A DNA stretch of 64,000 bases, taken from assembly GCF_006345805.1 (NCBI RefSeq), contig NC_043000.1:93186001-93250000 (forward strand), read 5' to 3'. Below, piece by piece: positions 62,380 through 64,000 of this stretch; the stretch's first letter is position 1; each line of letters starts with the position of its first letter. The notes under the pieces are model-generated. The model was not told the DNA's origin and ran no database searches. It saw nothing but the letters and a program-made list of their open reading frames with translations. This DNA is from Octopus sinensis. Taxonomy: Eukaryota. The position numbers and the translations under genes are program-made.

Positions 62380-62745
62380 CACCAGAGCAGATGAAGGGGA
62401 CAATATGATAACAGACTCAAAGCGTAGGGATTTATATATAATGAAATGATATATAAAAAAAAGGAGTGGGGTAAGTATACATGGTATACAATGAAAAGGA
62501 AGGGAAATATTCATAGTATACAAAATTCTAAAAAGAGCAGGGGCATGATAGAGATGTAGCTCTCCTGATGCAGGATAACCTCTAGGGATAACTGAGGAAC
62601 CTCACTGTCCAAGATCTCCCTGAACACCAAAAGCAATTCTTTCTTCCAGTTCTCTCTTACCAATTTCACAATTTTCTCCAATCTTTCAATAAACTTACTT
62701 GAGGACAGCACTTCCCGCTCCAAAGTGGTTTCAAGTTTTGGCACA
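62380..62745 (-). pseudogene. Possible Tx1/L1-clade 3' end fragment
   Basis: LEREVLSSSKFIERLEKIVKLVR resembles the ..VER..L....F..RW end of Tx1-like ORF2; weak. Confidence 0.35.
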
Positions 62746-62784
62746 ATGCCAGTAATTTTGGAGGAAGGGGTAAGTTAATTATCT

Positions 62785-63170
62785 AGGTGAAGGTATGGCT
62801 GTGTGGGAAGAAGCTTGCTTCCCAACCACATGCTTCCAGGTTCAGTTCCACTGTATGGCACCTTGGGCAAGTATCTTCTACTACAGCCTTGGGCCAACCA
62901 AGGCCTTGCGAGTGGATTTGGTAGATGGAAACTGAAAGAAGCCCATGGTGTATATATATATATTTGTGTGCATGTGTGTTTATGTTTGTCCCTTCTCTAT
63001 CATTTGACACCGATGTTGATGTGTGTATGTCCCTGTAACTTAGCAATTTGGCAAAAAAGGCTGACAGAATAAGTACTAGGCTTACAAAGAATAAGTCCTG
63101 AGGTCAATTTGTTCAACTAAAGGCGGTGCTCCAGCATGGCCGCAGTCAAATGACTGACACAAATAAAAGA
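62785..63170 (+). mobile_element. SINE family A, full length
   Basis: Consensus motifs. Confidence 0.9.
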
Positions 63171-63229
63171 ATATATATATATATATATAAATATGTGTGT
63201 GTGCATATATACACACATACATTTTTTTT

Positions 63230-63610
63230 TTTACTTGTTTCAGTCATTTGACTGTGACCATGCTGGAGCACCGCCTTTAGTCGAGCAAATCGACCCCGGG
63301 ACTTATTCTTTGTAAACCCAGTACTTATTCTATCAGTGTCTTTTGCCAAACCGCTAAGTGACTGGGTCATAAACACACCACCATCGGTTGTCAAGCAATG
63401 CTAGGGGGACAAACACAGACACACAAACACACACATATACATATATATGACAGGCTTCTTTCAGTTTCCGTCTACCAAATCCACTCACAAGGCTTTGGTC
63501 GGCCCGAGGCTATAGCAGAAGACACTTGCCCAAGATCCCACGCAGTGGGACTGAACCCGGAACCATGTGTTGGTTTAGCAGCTACTTACCACACAGCCAC
63601 TCCTGCGCCT
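63230..63610 (-). mobile_element. SINE family A, full length (tail-to-tail with the previous copy)
   Basis: Consensus motifs; CpG-rich. Confidence 0.9.
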
Positions 63611-64000
63611 ATATATATATATATATAATATATATATATATATATAAAACTTCAAGTAACATGAAATAAAAAAATCAACATAGAAATAAATAAAAAAAAG
63701 AAAATAAACCAAAGTGTCTCACCACACAGCCCCACCCACTCACCAAATTTTAACTAATGCGTCATACAACAGAGAAATAATAGATAAAAGAGATAATGGA
63801 TTTGATGCACTAGTTGTATCATATACACCCTACTTGTCATTCAATATCTTTCTCTTTTGCTTGTTTTAATACATTGCATTATTCATTTTATATTATGTAT
63901 TATACTCATCATTACTATTATTATTACCATTATCATTATCAAAATTATTATTATTATTATTTTTTAAAAGACAAAACTTACCTTTTTGGACATTTTTGTT

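Overview
64 kb of very AT-rich, microsatellite-saturated eukaryotic DNA. It is almost certainly coleoid cephalopod, most likely Octopus; this is inferred from the SINE families and is not proven. Nearly all of the supplied ORFs are translations of (TA)n/(CA)n/(TATG)n/(ATT)n repeats and are not genes. The window is a transposon graveyard. It holds more than 40 copies or fragments of about 5 tRNA-type SINE or LINE-tail families, plus fragments of CR1/L2-type, RTE, RLE-endonuclease (R4/NeSL-like) and probably Tx1 LINEs. It also holds a Penelope-like element (RT + GIY-YIG), mariner/pogo/piggyBac-type DNA elements and MITEs, two complete non-autonomous Helitrons and two Helentron-like (HINE) elements. 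No confidently identifiable host gene is present; a phase-compatible 3-exon minus-strand model and a few microexon candidates are offered at low confidence. The most notable observations are four. (1) Two U6-snRNA 3'-half/retro-tail chimeras sit in inverted orientation at 30.7-31.3 kb. (2) That tail is shared by SINEs and by a LINE 3'UTR in the window and has a covarying hairpin. (3) Five minimal hammerhead-ribozyme relics occur in unrelated Penelope-type repeats. (4) A HINE has its own 3' end copied into its 5' end. Dispersed-repeat boundaries are approximate (about +/-20 bp). All alignments were done by eye.
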